Positions 18,213 through 30,306 of a stretch of DNA of 33,587 bases are shown piece by piece. Origin of the DNA: Collinsella sp. (GTDB taxonomy: Bacteria > Actinomycetota > Coriobacteriia > Coriobacteriales > Coriobacteriaceae); contig DBGFLF010000111.1 in NCBI GenBank assembly GCA_048528725.1, positions 1 through 33,587 of the forward strand, in the 5' to 3' direction. The translations under genes were made by a program, and so were the position numbers. Each line of letters opens with the position of its first letter. Position 1 is the first letter of the stretch. The notes beneath the pieces were generated by a model. The model was given only the letters and a program-made list of their open reading frames with translations, was not told the origin of the DNA and did not search any database.

Positions 18213-19305
18213 CGGAGTACACGACCTTACCGGAACCCTCGACGCACTCGCCCACGCGGAACGGCTTCTCGCCCAGCGCGACCAGGGCTTCGGTAACCGC
18301 GGCCTCGTCCTCGGGGGCGACGATCAGGCACAGGCCGACGCCCATGTTGAAGGTCTTGCATGCCTCGTTGGGCGCGAGCTCGGCCTGGCGCGACACGTAG
18401 GTGATGACGGGCGGAACGTCCCAACCCATCTCGGCGCCGTTGCGGGTGACCACGGCGTCGACGTCGTCGGCAAGCGCGCGGTTGAGGTTCTCGGTAATAC
18501 CGCCGCCAGTGATGTGGGCGATAGCGTGCACGTTGGCGCCGCCGCGCAGCAGCTCCAGAATCGGCTTGACGTAGATGCGCGTGGGAGCCAGCAGGGCGTC
18601 TGCCAGCGATGCGCCGCCGAGTTCCTCGAGCGGACGGCTCAGCTCCTCGGCCTTAGCGGCGGCCTCGGGCGTGCCCGGCTTAATGCCGTCGACACCAATG
18701 ACCTTGCGCACGAGCGAGTAGCCGTTGGAGTGCACGCCAGTGGAAGGCAGGCCCAGGATCACGTCGCCGGGGCGGACGTTCGCGGGGTCGAGCATCTTGG
18801 GACGGTCGACGACGCCCACGGTAAATCCGGCAAGGTCGTAGTCGGCAGGAGCCATGACGCCGGGGTGCTCGGCCATCTCACCGCCCACGAGCGCGCAGCC
18901 CGCGAGCTTGCAGCCGTCGGCCACACCCTTGATGATCTTTGCCATGTGCTCGGCCTCGATATGACCGATGGCAACGTAGTCCAGAAAGAACAGCGGCTCG
19001 GCGCCCGAAGCCAGAATGTCGTTGACGCACATAGCGACCAGGTCCTGGCCCACCGTCTCGTGACGGTCCATGATCTGGGCGAGCACGAGCTTGGTGCCCA
19101 CGCCGTCGGTACCGCTGATCAGGATCGGGTCTTCCATATCCTTAAGCGCGGCGGCCGAGAACAGGCCACCGAAGCCGCCGATGCCGCCGATAACCTCGGG
19201 GCGATTGGTGTCCTTGACCATCTGCTTAATCGCGTCGACGGCGCGGCCGCCCTCGGCGGTATCGACGCCGGCGTCCTCGTACGTCACATGCTTGCTGTCG
19301 CTCAT
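18202..19305 (-). CDS. purM: AIR synthase
   Basis: YEDAGVD, GIGGFGG, GTDGVGTK, GGEMAEHPG, HSNGYSL, HITGGG. Confidence 0.97.
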   Translation of the reverse strand: MSDSKHVTYEDAGVDTAEGGRAVDAIKQMVKDTNRPEVIGGIGGFGGLFSAAALKDMEDPILISGTDGVGTKLVLAQIMDRHETVGQDLVAMCVNDILASGAEPLFFLDYVAIGHIEAEHMAKIIKGVADGCKLAGCALVGGEMAEHPGVMAPADYDLAGFTVGVVDRPKMLDPANVRPGDVILGLPSTGVHSNGYSLVRKVIGVDGIKPGTPEAAAKAEELSRPLEELGGASLADALLAPTRIYVKPILELLRGGANVHAIAHITGGGITENLNRALADDVDAVVTRNGAEMGWDVPPVITYVSRQAELAPNEACKTFNMGVGLCLIVAPEDEAAVTEALVALGEKPFRVGECVEGSGKVVYSDER

Positions 19306-19422
19306 CTGAGCCTTCCTCTCCCACTACCGTGGCGCCGCGCGGGCGCCAAACGGTGCTCATAGTTGCGTTCATTTCGGCGAGCGCCATAGCAGCACGCGCC
19401 GTCATATCAACAAAACAGCAGG

Positions 19423-19465
19423 TAAAACCTACCAAAATAAACCTGTCCCCACATGGCAGGTTTTA
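19423..19465. repeat. GGGGACAG-family hairpin (minus orientation) at the purF stop
   Basis: TAAAACCTACCA-AAATAAACCTGTCCCCACA-TGGCAGGTTTTA. Confidence 0.7.
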
Positions 19466-21133
19466 GGCCTCGCCGTGCTCCTCTTCCCAGCTGCGGTCGT
19501 CGTATTTCTCGACCACGGCGTCGTCGTCAAAGTGCAGCGGCTTGTCCAGGTTGCGGGGCTTAAAGCCCTCCATAAACTTGTCGCGGCCAAAGCTCTCGGG
19601 AATCGCCACGGGATAGCGGCCGGTAAAGCACGCGTCGCAGTAGCCGCCCTTGGGCATGACCTTAAGCAGGCCCTCGACCGAAAGGAAGGCCAGCGAATCG
19701 GCGCCGATATACTCGCAAATCTCGTCGACCGTCTTGTTGGCGCTGATAAGCTGCGACTGCACATCGGTATCGATACCGTAGAAGCACGGCCAGATGACCT
19801 CGGGCGAGTTGATGCGGATATGGATCTCCTTGGCGCCGGCGTTGCGCAGCATCTTGACGAGCTGCACCATGGTGGTGCCGCGCACGATGGAGTCGTCGAT
19901 GACGACCAGGCGCTTGCCCTCGATGTTGTCGCGCAGCGGGTTGAGTTTCATACGCACGCCCATGGCGCGCAGCTCCTGCGTGGGCTCGATAAACGTACGG
20001 CCCACATAGCGGTTCTTGATAAGGCCCTCGCCAAAGGGAATACCGCTCTCGTGCGAATACCCCTCCGCGGGCGGCAGGCCGGAGTCGGGCACGCCGATGA
20101 CCAGGTCGGCCTCGACGGGCTCCTCATGTGCCAGCTGACGACCCATGTCGTAACGGCAGGCATAGACGCTCTTGCCGTTCATGATGGAGTCGGGGCGGGC
20201 AAAGTAGACCTGCTCAAAGATGCAGTTGGCGGGCTCTTCGGCTGCAGGCACGCCCTGCTCGGATACCAGACCCTCGGCGCTGATGCGCAAGATCTCGCCG
20301 GGACGGACGTCACGGACGTACTCGGCACCCACGATGTCGAGTGCGCAGGTCTCGGAAGCAACGACCCAGCCGCCGGCGCGCGTGACACGGACGGCGGAGT
20401 CGACCGTTGCGGCGCCGTCCTGCGACGGCAGCTGCGAAACGGCTGCGGCATCGGCCTGGTCCAGACCCTCGTCCACCAGCTTGCCCAGCACGAGCGGGCG
20501 AATGCCGTGTGGATCGCGGAATGCGTAGAGCGCCTGCTCGTTGATGAGCGTCATGGCGTAGCCGCCGCGCACGAGCTCCATGGTCTTGCGAATGCCCTCG
20601 CGCAGATGGCCCGTACGCTGGGTAAAGTAGCCGATGAGTTTGGTCGCGACCTCGGAATCCGAATTGGAGAGGAATGGCACGCCCAGCTCGATCAGCTGGC
20701 GGCGCAGCTCGTCGGTGTTGACGAGGGTGCCGTTGTGAGCAAGCGCGATAATGACGCTGTTGATGGTAGAAAGATGCGGCTGAGAGGCTTCCCAGCTCTT
20801 GGCGCCGGCGGTGCCATAGCGCACGTGGCCCACGGCCAGCTGGCCGGAGAGCGTCGACAGGTCGGCGTTGGAGAACACGCGATCGAGCAGCCCCAGGTCT
20901 TTGCGGACCATAACCGTGCCGCCGTCACCCACGGCGATTCCCGCCGATTCCTGGCCACGGTGCTGCAGTGCACGCAGGCCAAAGTACGTCAGTCGAGCCA
21001 CGTCGCGATCGGGCGCCCATACGCCGAAAATGCCACATTCCTCATGCAGCTGGTCGGAGTCCGGATCATACGTCGACATGGTGTTCACCTGTCCCGCGGC
21101 ACGCTCGGCCGCGCGGATGGTTTCTTGAGACAT
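19463..21133 (-). CDS. purF: Amidophosphoribosyltransferase
   Basis: Propeptide then EECGIFG; QHRGQE; GHVRY; AHNG; VIDDSIVRGTT; Fe-S Cys motifs CIFE, PCFYGID and CDAC. Confidence 0.97.
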   Translation of the reverse strand: MSQETIRAAERAAGQVNTMSTYDPDSDQLHEECGIFGVWAPDRDVARLTYFGLRALQHRGQESAGIAVGDGGTVMVRKDLGLLDRVFSNADLSTLSGQLAVGHVRYGTAGAKSWEASQPHLSTINSVIIALAHNGTLVNTDELRRQLIELGVPFLSNSDSEVATKLIGYFTQRTGHLREGIRKTMELVRGGYAMTLINEQALYAFRDPHGIRPLVLGKLVDEGLDQADAAAVSQLPSQDGAATVDSAVRVTRAGGWVVASETCALDIVGAEYVRDVRPGEILRISAEGLVSEQGVPAAEEPANCIFEQVYFARPDSIMNGKSVYACRYDMGRQLAHEEPVEADLVIGVPDSGLPPAEGYSHESGIPFGEGLIKNRYVGRTFIEPTQELRAMGVRMKLNPLRDNIEGKRLVVIDDSIVRGTTMVQLVKMLRNAGAKEIHIRINSPEVIWPCFYGIDTDVQSQLISANKTVDEICEYIGADSLAFLSVEGLLKVMPKGGYCDACFTGRYPVAIPESFGRDKFMEGFKPRNLDKPLHFDDDAVVEKYDDRSWEEEHGEA

Positions 21134-21175
21134 GGTATCCCCTCAGAGCCTCGTATTTTTGGCGTTACCCGCCTT

Positions 21176-21181
21176 ATTATA
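21176..21181 (-). promoter_or_regulatory. Putative -10 box for purFMN
   Basis: TATAAT on the minus strand ~43 bp upstream of the ATG. Confidence 0.5.
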
Positions 21182-21430
21182 CGCACGGCGCGACGCGCTC
21201 CCCCGCGCATGAGCAGCGCTTTTTAAAAGCCCACCGAGCTTATTATCCGTTTTGCGACCAAACATTTTATTGGGTAGTCCACTCTCAGGGGCAACGGCCT
21301 CGAAGACTTCCCGTGCGCCGTGTCTCGCCCGCGCTAGGGGCTACATTGTTGCAATTGGGACGTTCGTCCTGTCTTTTAGCTGGTCGTCGGCGTATCCTTG
21401 TAGGCTACTACAAGACGAGAAAGGTAGCGT

Positions 21431-22660
21431 ATGGATCGAAATCAACTCGACCCCAGTGTCCCCAGCACCACGGAGGCCAAGAAGATCCCCCTTATCATCA
21501 AGGTCTACGCAGTCCTGTGCACCATATCTGGCGTGGGCACGCTCCCGTCAGTCGCCGTCTTTATGTGGCAGGTCATCACCGCACTCATTAACGGCAACGT
21601 CGCCGCTAAGCTCGGTGATAACACCCTGGTCGCGGTTGGCCTTATCGTCGCCGGCATTATGCTCTCGGCGGCAAGCGCGATCATCTTGATCGTCTTTGGC
21701 CTGGACCTCATCAAGGACCAGCGGCGCAATGCCGCCCGCCTGTCTTACGTCCTCATCGCATTTACCGTCGTGGAGCTTTTAGTTGACGTGATGCTCCAGG
21801 GCATCGGACCCTTCCTGCTGCGCCCCGCCGTCCAGCTTGTCATCCTCATTGCGCTGTCGGCCACCGTCGACCCCACGCTACGCCAGGAGCGCGAACTGCA
21901 GCGCCGTCTGCAAGAGATGCTCGACCGCGATGCCGCCGCCGAGGGGATGCTCGGCCGCGACGAAACCGGCGAGGGCTACATCAAGCTCAACTACTTCAAC
22001 CTGTTCTGGGTATTCTTCGTCTGCAGCGTGTTAGGTCTCATTCTCGAGGAAGTCTGGCATATGGTCGTCGTCGATCCCGGCGTCTATCAGGACCGTGCCG
22101 GTATGCTATTTGGCCCCTTTAGCCCCATCTACGGATTTGGCGCGGTGCTCATGACCATGGCGCTCAACCGCTTCTATAAAAAGAATCCTCTGATCATTTT
22201 CCTGGTAAGTGCCCTGATCGGCGGCGCTTTCGAGGTGTTTGTAGGCTGGTTTATGCAGACCTCATTTGGCGTGGTGTCGTGGAGCTATTCACACATTAGG
22301 CTATTCGGCATGCCCGATCCCATCGCGGTATTGACCGGGGGACGCACATGCACGCCGTTTGCCTGCATGTGGGGCCTGGGTGGCCTCATCTGGATCAAGG
22401 TCTTGCTGCCGCGCCTGCTTAAGCTCATCAATATGATTCCATGGAAACGCCGCTACTCTGCTACCGTCATCCTGACCGCCGTCATGTTGATCGACGGCGT
22501 CATGACGTTGCAATCGCTCGACTATTGGTATCAGCGCGTCAACGGAACCGTTCGAAATATTCCCGTCGCACAGTTCTATGACAAGCATTTCGATAACGAA
22601 TATATGGAGAACCGTTTTCAGAGTATGACCATGAGCCCCAAGGACGCCACACGCGTGTAG
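21431..22660 (+). CDS. Putative ABC-type permease, CmpB/DUF1113-like membrane protein with extra N-terminal TM helices
   Basis: FFVCSVLG..EE, GPFSPIYGFG, WSYS; RBS GAAAGG. Confidence 0.8.
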   Translation: MDRNQLDPSVPSTTEAKKIPLIIKVYAVLCTISGVGTLPSVAVFMWQVITALINGNVAAKLGDNTLVAVGLIVAGIMLSAASAIILIVFGLDLIKDQRRNAARLSYVLIAFTVVELLVDVMLQGIGPFLLRPAVQLVILIALSATVDPTLRQERELQRRLQEMLDRDAAAEGMLGRDETGEGYIKLNYFNLFWVFFVCSVLGLILEEVWHMVVVDPGVYQDRAGMLFGPFSPIYGFGAVLMTMALNRFYKKNPLIIFLVSALIGGAFEVFVGWFMQTSFGVVSWSYSHIRLFGMPDPIAVLTGGRTCTPFACMWGLGGLIWIKVLLPRLLKLINMIPWKRRYSATVILTAVMLIDGVMTLQSLDYWYQRVNGTVRNIPVAQFYDKHFDNEYMENRFQSMTMSPKDATRV

Positions 22661-22692
22661 CAAACGCCAGAGCAAAATAGCTCCAACACATC

Positions 22693-22733
22693 AAAGCCCG
22701 CTGGCAGATCTACATGAACTGCCGGCGGGCTTT
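22693..22733. terminator. Bidirectional terminator between convergent genes
   Basis: AAAGCCCGCTGGCAG...CTGCCGGCGGGCTTT. Confidence 0.75.
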
Positions 22734-22766
22734 CGCTATAGACAGACTCGGATTGCCGACGAGGCC

Positions 22767-23186
22767 TTACGCCTCGCGCTCGACCTCGCTCACGCACTCG
22801 TTCTTGATGGTGCCGACGAGCGACTGCAGCGCATCGACCACATGCGGGCGAATGTCTCCGCCAATGAGCACGAGCATGATGTCGTCACCTACGGCAAGCT
22901 CGCCGCTTGCCAGCCACACGCGCACATAGCCGATACCCGGCATCGCGCGCGTGGCCTCGATAGCAGCCTGCACCTTGCTGGCGTCGTAGCCAAACACCAT
23001 GCCGCCCACCTTGTGGCCCGGCGCCACGCCATCGGTCTCGACTCCGCGCACTTCGGCCTTGGGCGTCGCGCGCACCACGCCGTTGTGTGTCAGGTACATC
23101 CCACAATCAGCCGCCGAAACATCGGCCTTGGCTTCGCGCAGCCAAGCATCAACCGAAGGCATCGATTTGCCGTTCTCAAGCATCAT
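22767..23186 (-). CDS. moaE: MoaE-family molybdopterin synthase catalytic subunit
   Basis: GMYLTHNGVVR, GELAVGDDIMLVLIGGDIR; RBS AAGGAG. Confidence 0.8.
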   Translation of the reverse strand: MMLENGKSMPSVDAWLREAKADVSAADCGMYLTHNGVVRATPKAEVRGVETDGVAPGHKVGGMVFGYDASKVQAAIEATRAMPGIGYVRVWLASGELAVGDDIMLVLIGGDIRPHVVDALQSLVGTIKNECVSEVEREA

Positions 23187-23236
23187 TTCTCCTTTTGATT
23201 TCCAGGGTAGTCTTTTTGGGACGGGGCCCGGACACT

Positions 23237-24235
23237 TTATTCCTCGACCGGCGTGAGCACCATGACGGCGCGCGTATTGCTAAATGACAGCGAACGGCAG
23301 GTCACAAGCGTTACGACCTTGGTTGCCGAAGCGGCACGATCGGTGGCATCGCTCGCCACGGCAGAGGCACCGTCGAGCATCTCGGACAGATAATTCTTCA
23401 GTCCGTCATCGCCCTCAAAGTTGGGCGTGCGCGCCTTGGCATACGTGTCCTCGACAACTTTGGTCGCCAGTGGTCGCAGTTTATAGGTGGCGTCGCGCGT
23501 GATGTAATACACGTACTCTATGCTGTCGAACGTCGCCTGATCGGTCGTATCCGAGATCACATTGAACATCGATCCGTCGTTCATGTGGTGGCCGTAGATC
23601 GTGGTCTGCTGGTCAACCATTCCCGGCGCGGTATCGTCACTGTCCAAGAAAATCGCACCCGATGCATTGGACGTACCGTCAAACAGCGTGTTGAGGTATT
23701 TGGAGTTGTTATTGGACTGCACCACGGGATAGTTGATGTTGGTTCCCGGCGCGTAAATCCAACCCACAATCTCGGGGTTTGTCTGAGCAAGCGCATCGAA
23801 GTCGATAATCGGCACGCCGCTGGCGTCCTTATCGCTTACATATTGCTTCTCGATTTTCTGATACGACTCGCTCGCCTGCTTATAGCCAATCTGAGCATTA
23901 ATAAAGATAGCGGCGGCGGCGACAATCAGACCGATGCCGATGATGATGAGCAGAATGGGAATAATGGAGCGGCGCTTTTTGCGCGGCGGCTCGGTGTAAT
24001 CCGACGGCGCGGCATGCGATGAAGACCGGGGCGGCTTCTTAGCGTTGCTATAAGATGAAGGTCGATATGCGGCTGGCGCGTCCTGTCGACGATGCGTCGC
24101 CGGTGTCACGGGGCGCGGCGCGCGCGGCTGCTGAGGAGAGGATGCCCGACCCTGCTGCGCCGCATGGGCAGCACCCGGCTTCGATGGATCGGGAATCTGA
24201 GAAGCCTTGAATCGTTTTCCCTGATAGTCGGACAT
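23237..24235 (-). CDS. srtB: Class B sortase
   Basis: N-terminal TM; NPEIVGWI..PGTNINYPVVQ; IYGHHM; TLVTC..R catalytic motif; start MSDYQ after AAGGAG. Confidence 0.9.
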   Translation of the reverse strand: MSDYQGKRFKASQIPDPSKPGAAHAAQQGRASSPQQPRAPRPVTPATHRRQDAPAAYRPSSYSNAKKPPRSSSHAAPSDYTEPPRKKRRSIIPILLIIIGIGLIVAAAAIFINAQIGYKQASESYQKIEKQYVSDKDASGVPIIDFDALAQTNPEIVGWIYAPGTNINYPVVQSNNNSKYLNTLFDGTSNASGAIFLDSDDTAPGMVDQQTTIYGHHMNDGSMFNVISDTTDQATFDSIEYVYYITRDATYKLRPLATKVVEDTYAKARTPNFEGDDGLKNYLSEMLDGASAVASDATDRAASATKVVTLVTCRSLSFSNTRAVMVLTPVEE

Positions 24236-24270
24236 GGCTCTCCTTATACTGCGGTGAAACGGCAGAACGC

Positions 24271-24735
24271 CTAGGCGTCGGCCATCTCCTGCTTCATCTT
24301 CTCGATAACCTTGCGGTACTCGGGGTCGCAAGCGCCTAGAATCTGCGTGGCGTAGATGGCGGCGTTCTTGGCGCCGTTGATGGCAACGCAGGCCACGGGC
24401 ACGCCCGAAGGCATCTGCACCATCGACAGCAGCGAATCCATACCGCCCAGGTCACTCGTCTTCATAGGCACGCCGATGACCGGCAGCGGCGTAAAGGCAG
24501 CCACGACACCACCCAGGTGAGCGGCCTTGCCGGCGGCGGCGATAATCACTTTGATACCGCGATCGGCAGCAGTCGAAGCCCACTCGTGGACCTTCGCCGG
24601 CGTGCGGTGTGCGCTCGCAATGACGAGCTCATAGGGCACGCCCAGCGCCTCGAGCTCGGCGGTGCAGCCTTCCATAACGCCCAGATCGGACTTGGAACCC
24701 ATGATGATCCCGACAACCGGCTTTTGATCTGCCAT
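24271..24735 (-). CDS. purE: N5-CAIR mutase
   Basis: IIMGSKSD, SAHRTP, AAHLGG, PVIGVP, QMPSGVPV. Confidence 0.97.
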   Translation of the reverse strand: MADQKPVVGIIMGSKSDLGVMEGCTAELEALGVPYELVIASAHRTPAKVHEWASTAADRGIKVIIAAAGKAAHLGGVVAAFTPLPVIGVPMKTSDLGGMDSLLSMVQMPSGVPVACVAINGAKNAAIYATQILGACDPEYRKVIEKMKQEMADA

Positions 24736-24803
24736 AAACAAAGACCTCCTGTTGAGAGCGGTGACGCGGCGGATCCGCGACCCTTAACTACTGAGAGTAG
24801 TAT

Positions 24804-24956
24804 AGCCGCTCCCGTCCCTGCGGTCTTTGTGGTGCTTCGCGGGCGGGCCAGGCTTTATCTTCACTCCGGTTGCTTCGCAAAGTCGTTCAGATAAAAACGC
24901 CAGACCGCCGCGGGGCACCCTCGACCTACCGGGGGTTGCTATGACGTACGTTGGCT
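24804..24956. ncRNA. Candidate structured RNA (long rod) in the purE-carB gap; family and strand unassigned
   Basis: Nested pairings AGCC/GGCT, GGTC/GACC, GGTGC/GCACC, CGCGG/CCGCG and TTTATCT/AGATAAA; TAGTAT just upstream on +; strong hairpin downstream. Confidence 0.35.
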
Positions 24957-24964
24957 GAATTATT

Positions 24965-25012
24965 AGTGTGGGCCCTGCCGTTCGTTCGAACGGCAGGGCC
25001 CACACTCATTTT
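24965..25012 (+). terminator. Perfect 20-bp stem terminator; T-run lies on the + side
   Basis: AGTGTGGGCCCTGCCGTTCG-TT-CGAACGGCAGGGCCCACACT, then CATTTTC. Confidence 0.6.
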
Positions 25013-25076
25013 CTATTCAGCCCTAGTCATCGCGCAAAGCCCCTTCGGCAGCACACGGTGCAACCGAGTCACCGCA

Positions 25077-25167
25077 GGCCGGAGCGGGAGGGGCTGAGTT
25101 TCCTCCTGAGCGACTCTGCTTGCAGCCGGAGCGAAAGGGGGAAATCTCAGCCCCTCCCGCCCCGGCC
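25077..25167. other. ~90-nt long hairpin just downstream of carB
   Basis: GGCCGGAGCGGGAGGGGCTGAG..TTTCCTCCT pairs with AGGGGGAAA..CTCAGCCCCTCCCGCCCCGGCC. Confidence 0.7.
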
Positions 25168-25179
25168 GGACAGGTCACA

Positions 25180-28494
<3,315 letters not shown>

Positions 28495-28592
28495 GTTTAA
28501 AACCTCCTAGAGAGGCTGACTCAATGTTTTGGAAAAGTCAGCGAGGGTGCAGCTGGTGCATCAGGTTGCCGTGATGCGAGGGCGCGCTGGGC

Positions 28593-30098
28593 TTATGCCC
28601 GCGCGTCCGAAGCAGAGCGGCAAGATGATGTGCCAGCCGCAGCCGCAGCGTCGACCGGTCCGCCGTTCGGTAGAACGGCGGAACCATCGTCGGCAAAGTT
28701 CCAGCCAGCCAGGCGGTCCTTCGCGGTATCGATGTCCAGGTAGTTCTCCTCGCCGTCCATGAGTCGCGTAAAGGCGGTAAAGAGATAGTGGGCATCGGTG
28801 GGGCCAGGCGAAGCCTCGGGGTGGTACTGGACCGAGAAGCACGGGGCGTCGAGCAGCTGGATGCCCTCGGCGGTGCCGTCGTTGAGGTTCACGTGCGTCA
28901 GGCGAATGCGGCCAAAGCGCTCGTTCATCACGACCGGCGCGATTCCGCGGCGCACCCAGACGCGCAGATCTCCATCGGCCGCATGCTCGGTCTCGCCGCC
29001 GGAAAGCTCGGGGACAAGCTTGCCCAGGCTGGGGAACAGCAGGCCAAAGCCATGGTTTTGCGCGGTAATCTCCACGCGACGGCTTACCAGGTTCATGACC
29101 GGCTGGTTGCCACCGCGGTGACCGAACTTAAGCTTTTCCATCTGGGCGCCGCAGGCCAGGCTGATCATCTGGTGACCAAGACAAATACCAAAGACCGGCA
29201 CCTTGCCGATCAGCTGCTGCACCTGCTCGTAGGTCTCCACCACGGCATCGGGGTCGCCGGGGCCGTTGGACAAAAAAACGCCATCGGGATTCATGTCGAG
29301 CACCTGCTGGGCAGGCGTATCCCACGGCACGACAGTAAGGTCGCAGCCGGCGCGGACGAGGCCCTCCAGAATGCCGCGCTTGACGCCGCAGTCGTAGGCG
29401 ACCACTTTGTGACGGGCAGGAGCGGCAACCGCAAGTGCAAAGTCATGCGTGGCAGGCAGGTCGGCGGCCACAAACTCGTGAGGCGCGGGGCAACTTACGG
29501 TCTTCACCAGGTTCTCGCCTACCAGCGTGGGCGCTGCGGCCAGACGCTCGGCAAGCTCGTCGACGTCGAAGATCTCGGTCGAGATAATGCCCATCTTGGA
29601 ACCATTGTCGCGCAGATGGCGCACCAAAGCGCGGGTGTCGACACCCTCGATAGCGACGATGCCGTGAGCGCGCAGGTACTCCGGCACGCTGACGGCCGAG
29701 CGCCAGTTAGAAGGCGTGGCGCACATGTCGCGAACGATCATGCCGCGCATGGCCGGAGCGCTCGCAGGGCGCACGGCGTCGCCGGGGAAGGCCGACTGGA
29801 CGTCGGTCTCGTCGATACCGTAGTTGCCGATCTGCGGATAGGTCATGGTTACGATTTGGCCGGCATAACTCGGGTCGGTCATGACCTCAAAGTAGCCCTC
29901 GAGCGAGGTGTTGAAGCAGACTTCGCCGGTCGCGGTGCCCTCGGCGCCGCATGCACGTCCATAAAAAATGGTCCCATCCTCAAGATACAGGATGCAGGGA
30001 CCGCAGGTGCCCTTGCTGGTTTTGGCCAGCATACGCTGGCAAAGCTCGCTGGGCGCGAAGGTGCGGGCGGCAGCGCCCGCGGTATGGTTGTTCGCCAT
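28593..30098 (-). CDS. carA: Carbamoyl-phosphate synthase small subunit, with extensions
   Basis: LEDGT..G, GEVCFNT, TDPSYAGQ, SNGPGDP, GICLGHQ, VQYHPEASPGP; start MANNH after GGAAGGAG. Confidence 0.97.
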   Translation of the reverse strand: MANNHTAGAAARTFAPSELCQRMLAKTSKGTCGPCILYLEDGTIFYGRACGAEGTATGEVCFNTSLEGYFEVMTDPSYAGQIVTMTYPQIGNYGIDETDVQSAFPGDAVRPASAPAMRGMIVRDMCATPSNWRSAVSVPEYLRAHGIVAIEGVDTRALVRHLRDNGSKMGIISTEIFDVDELAERLAAAPTLVGENLVKTVSCPAPHEFVAADLPATHDFALAVAAPARHKVVAYDCGVKRGILEGLVRAGCDLTVVPWDTPAQQVLDMNPDGVFLSNGPGDPDAVVETYEQVQQLIGKVPVFGICLGHQMISLACGAQMEKLKFGHRGGNQPVMNLVSRRVEITAQNHGFGLLFPSLGKLVPELSGGETEHAADGDLRVWVRRGIAPVVMNERFGRIRLTHVNLNDGTAEGIQLLDAPCFSVQYHPEASPGPTDAHYLFTAFTRLMDGEENYLDIDTAKDRLAGWNFADDGSAVLPNGGPVDAAAAAGTSSCRSASDARA

Positions 30099-30209
30099 AA
30101 TTCTCCTTCCCGGTCTCACAGGACCGGCTTAAAGGTGTGTAGTTAGGCCTCGCGGTATTGTAACCGCAAGCATGCCTCATGGCGTTAATTTCATCGAAAT
30201 GTTTACGAA

Positions 30210-30243
30210 ATGATAATTATGACTTTCTATGCATAATGATTAT
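30210..30243. promoter_or_regulatory. AT-rich tandem imperfect palindromes upstream of carA (ARG-box-like or Fur-box-like)
   Basis: ATGATAATTATGAC-N6-TGCATAATGATTAT; TACAAT on the minus strand at 30157-30162. Confidence 0.35.
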
Positions 30244-30259
30244 TTAATCCCCGTCCTAG

Positions 30260-30300
30260 AAAAATCATCCCGCGTGGGCTTGTGGCTCACGCGGGATGAT
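30260..30300 (-). terminator. Rho-independent terminator
   Basis: ATCATCCCGCGTGGGC/GCTCACGCGGGATGAT stem followed by a T-run on the minus strand. Confidence 0.8.
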
Positions 30301-30306
30301 GGCGTC

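Noticed and set aside
24804..24935. Known purine, ZTP or PRPP (ykkC) riboswitch for purE
   Set aside because: Only fragmentary resemblance on the minus strand (AGGGT, GGTCTGG, AGCGGC); the conserved cores were not found by eye.
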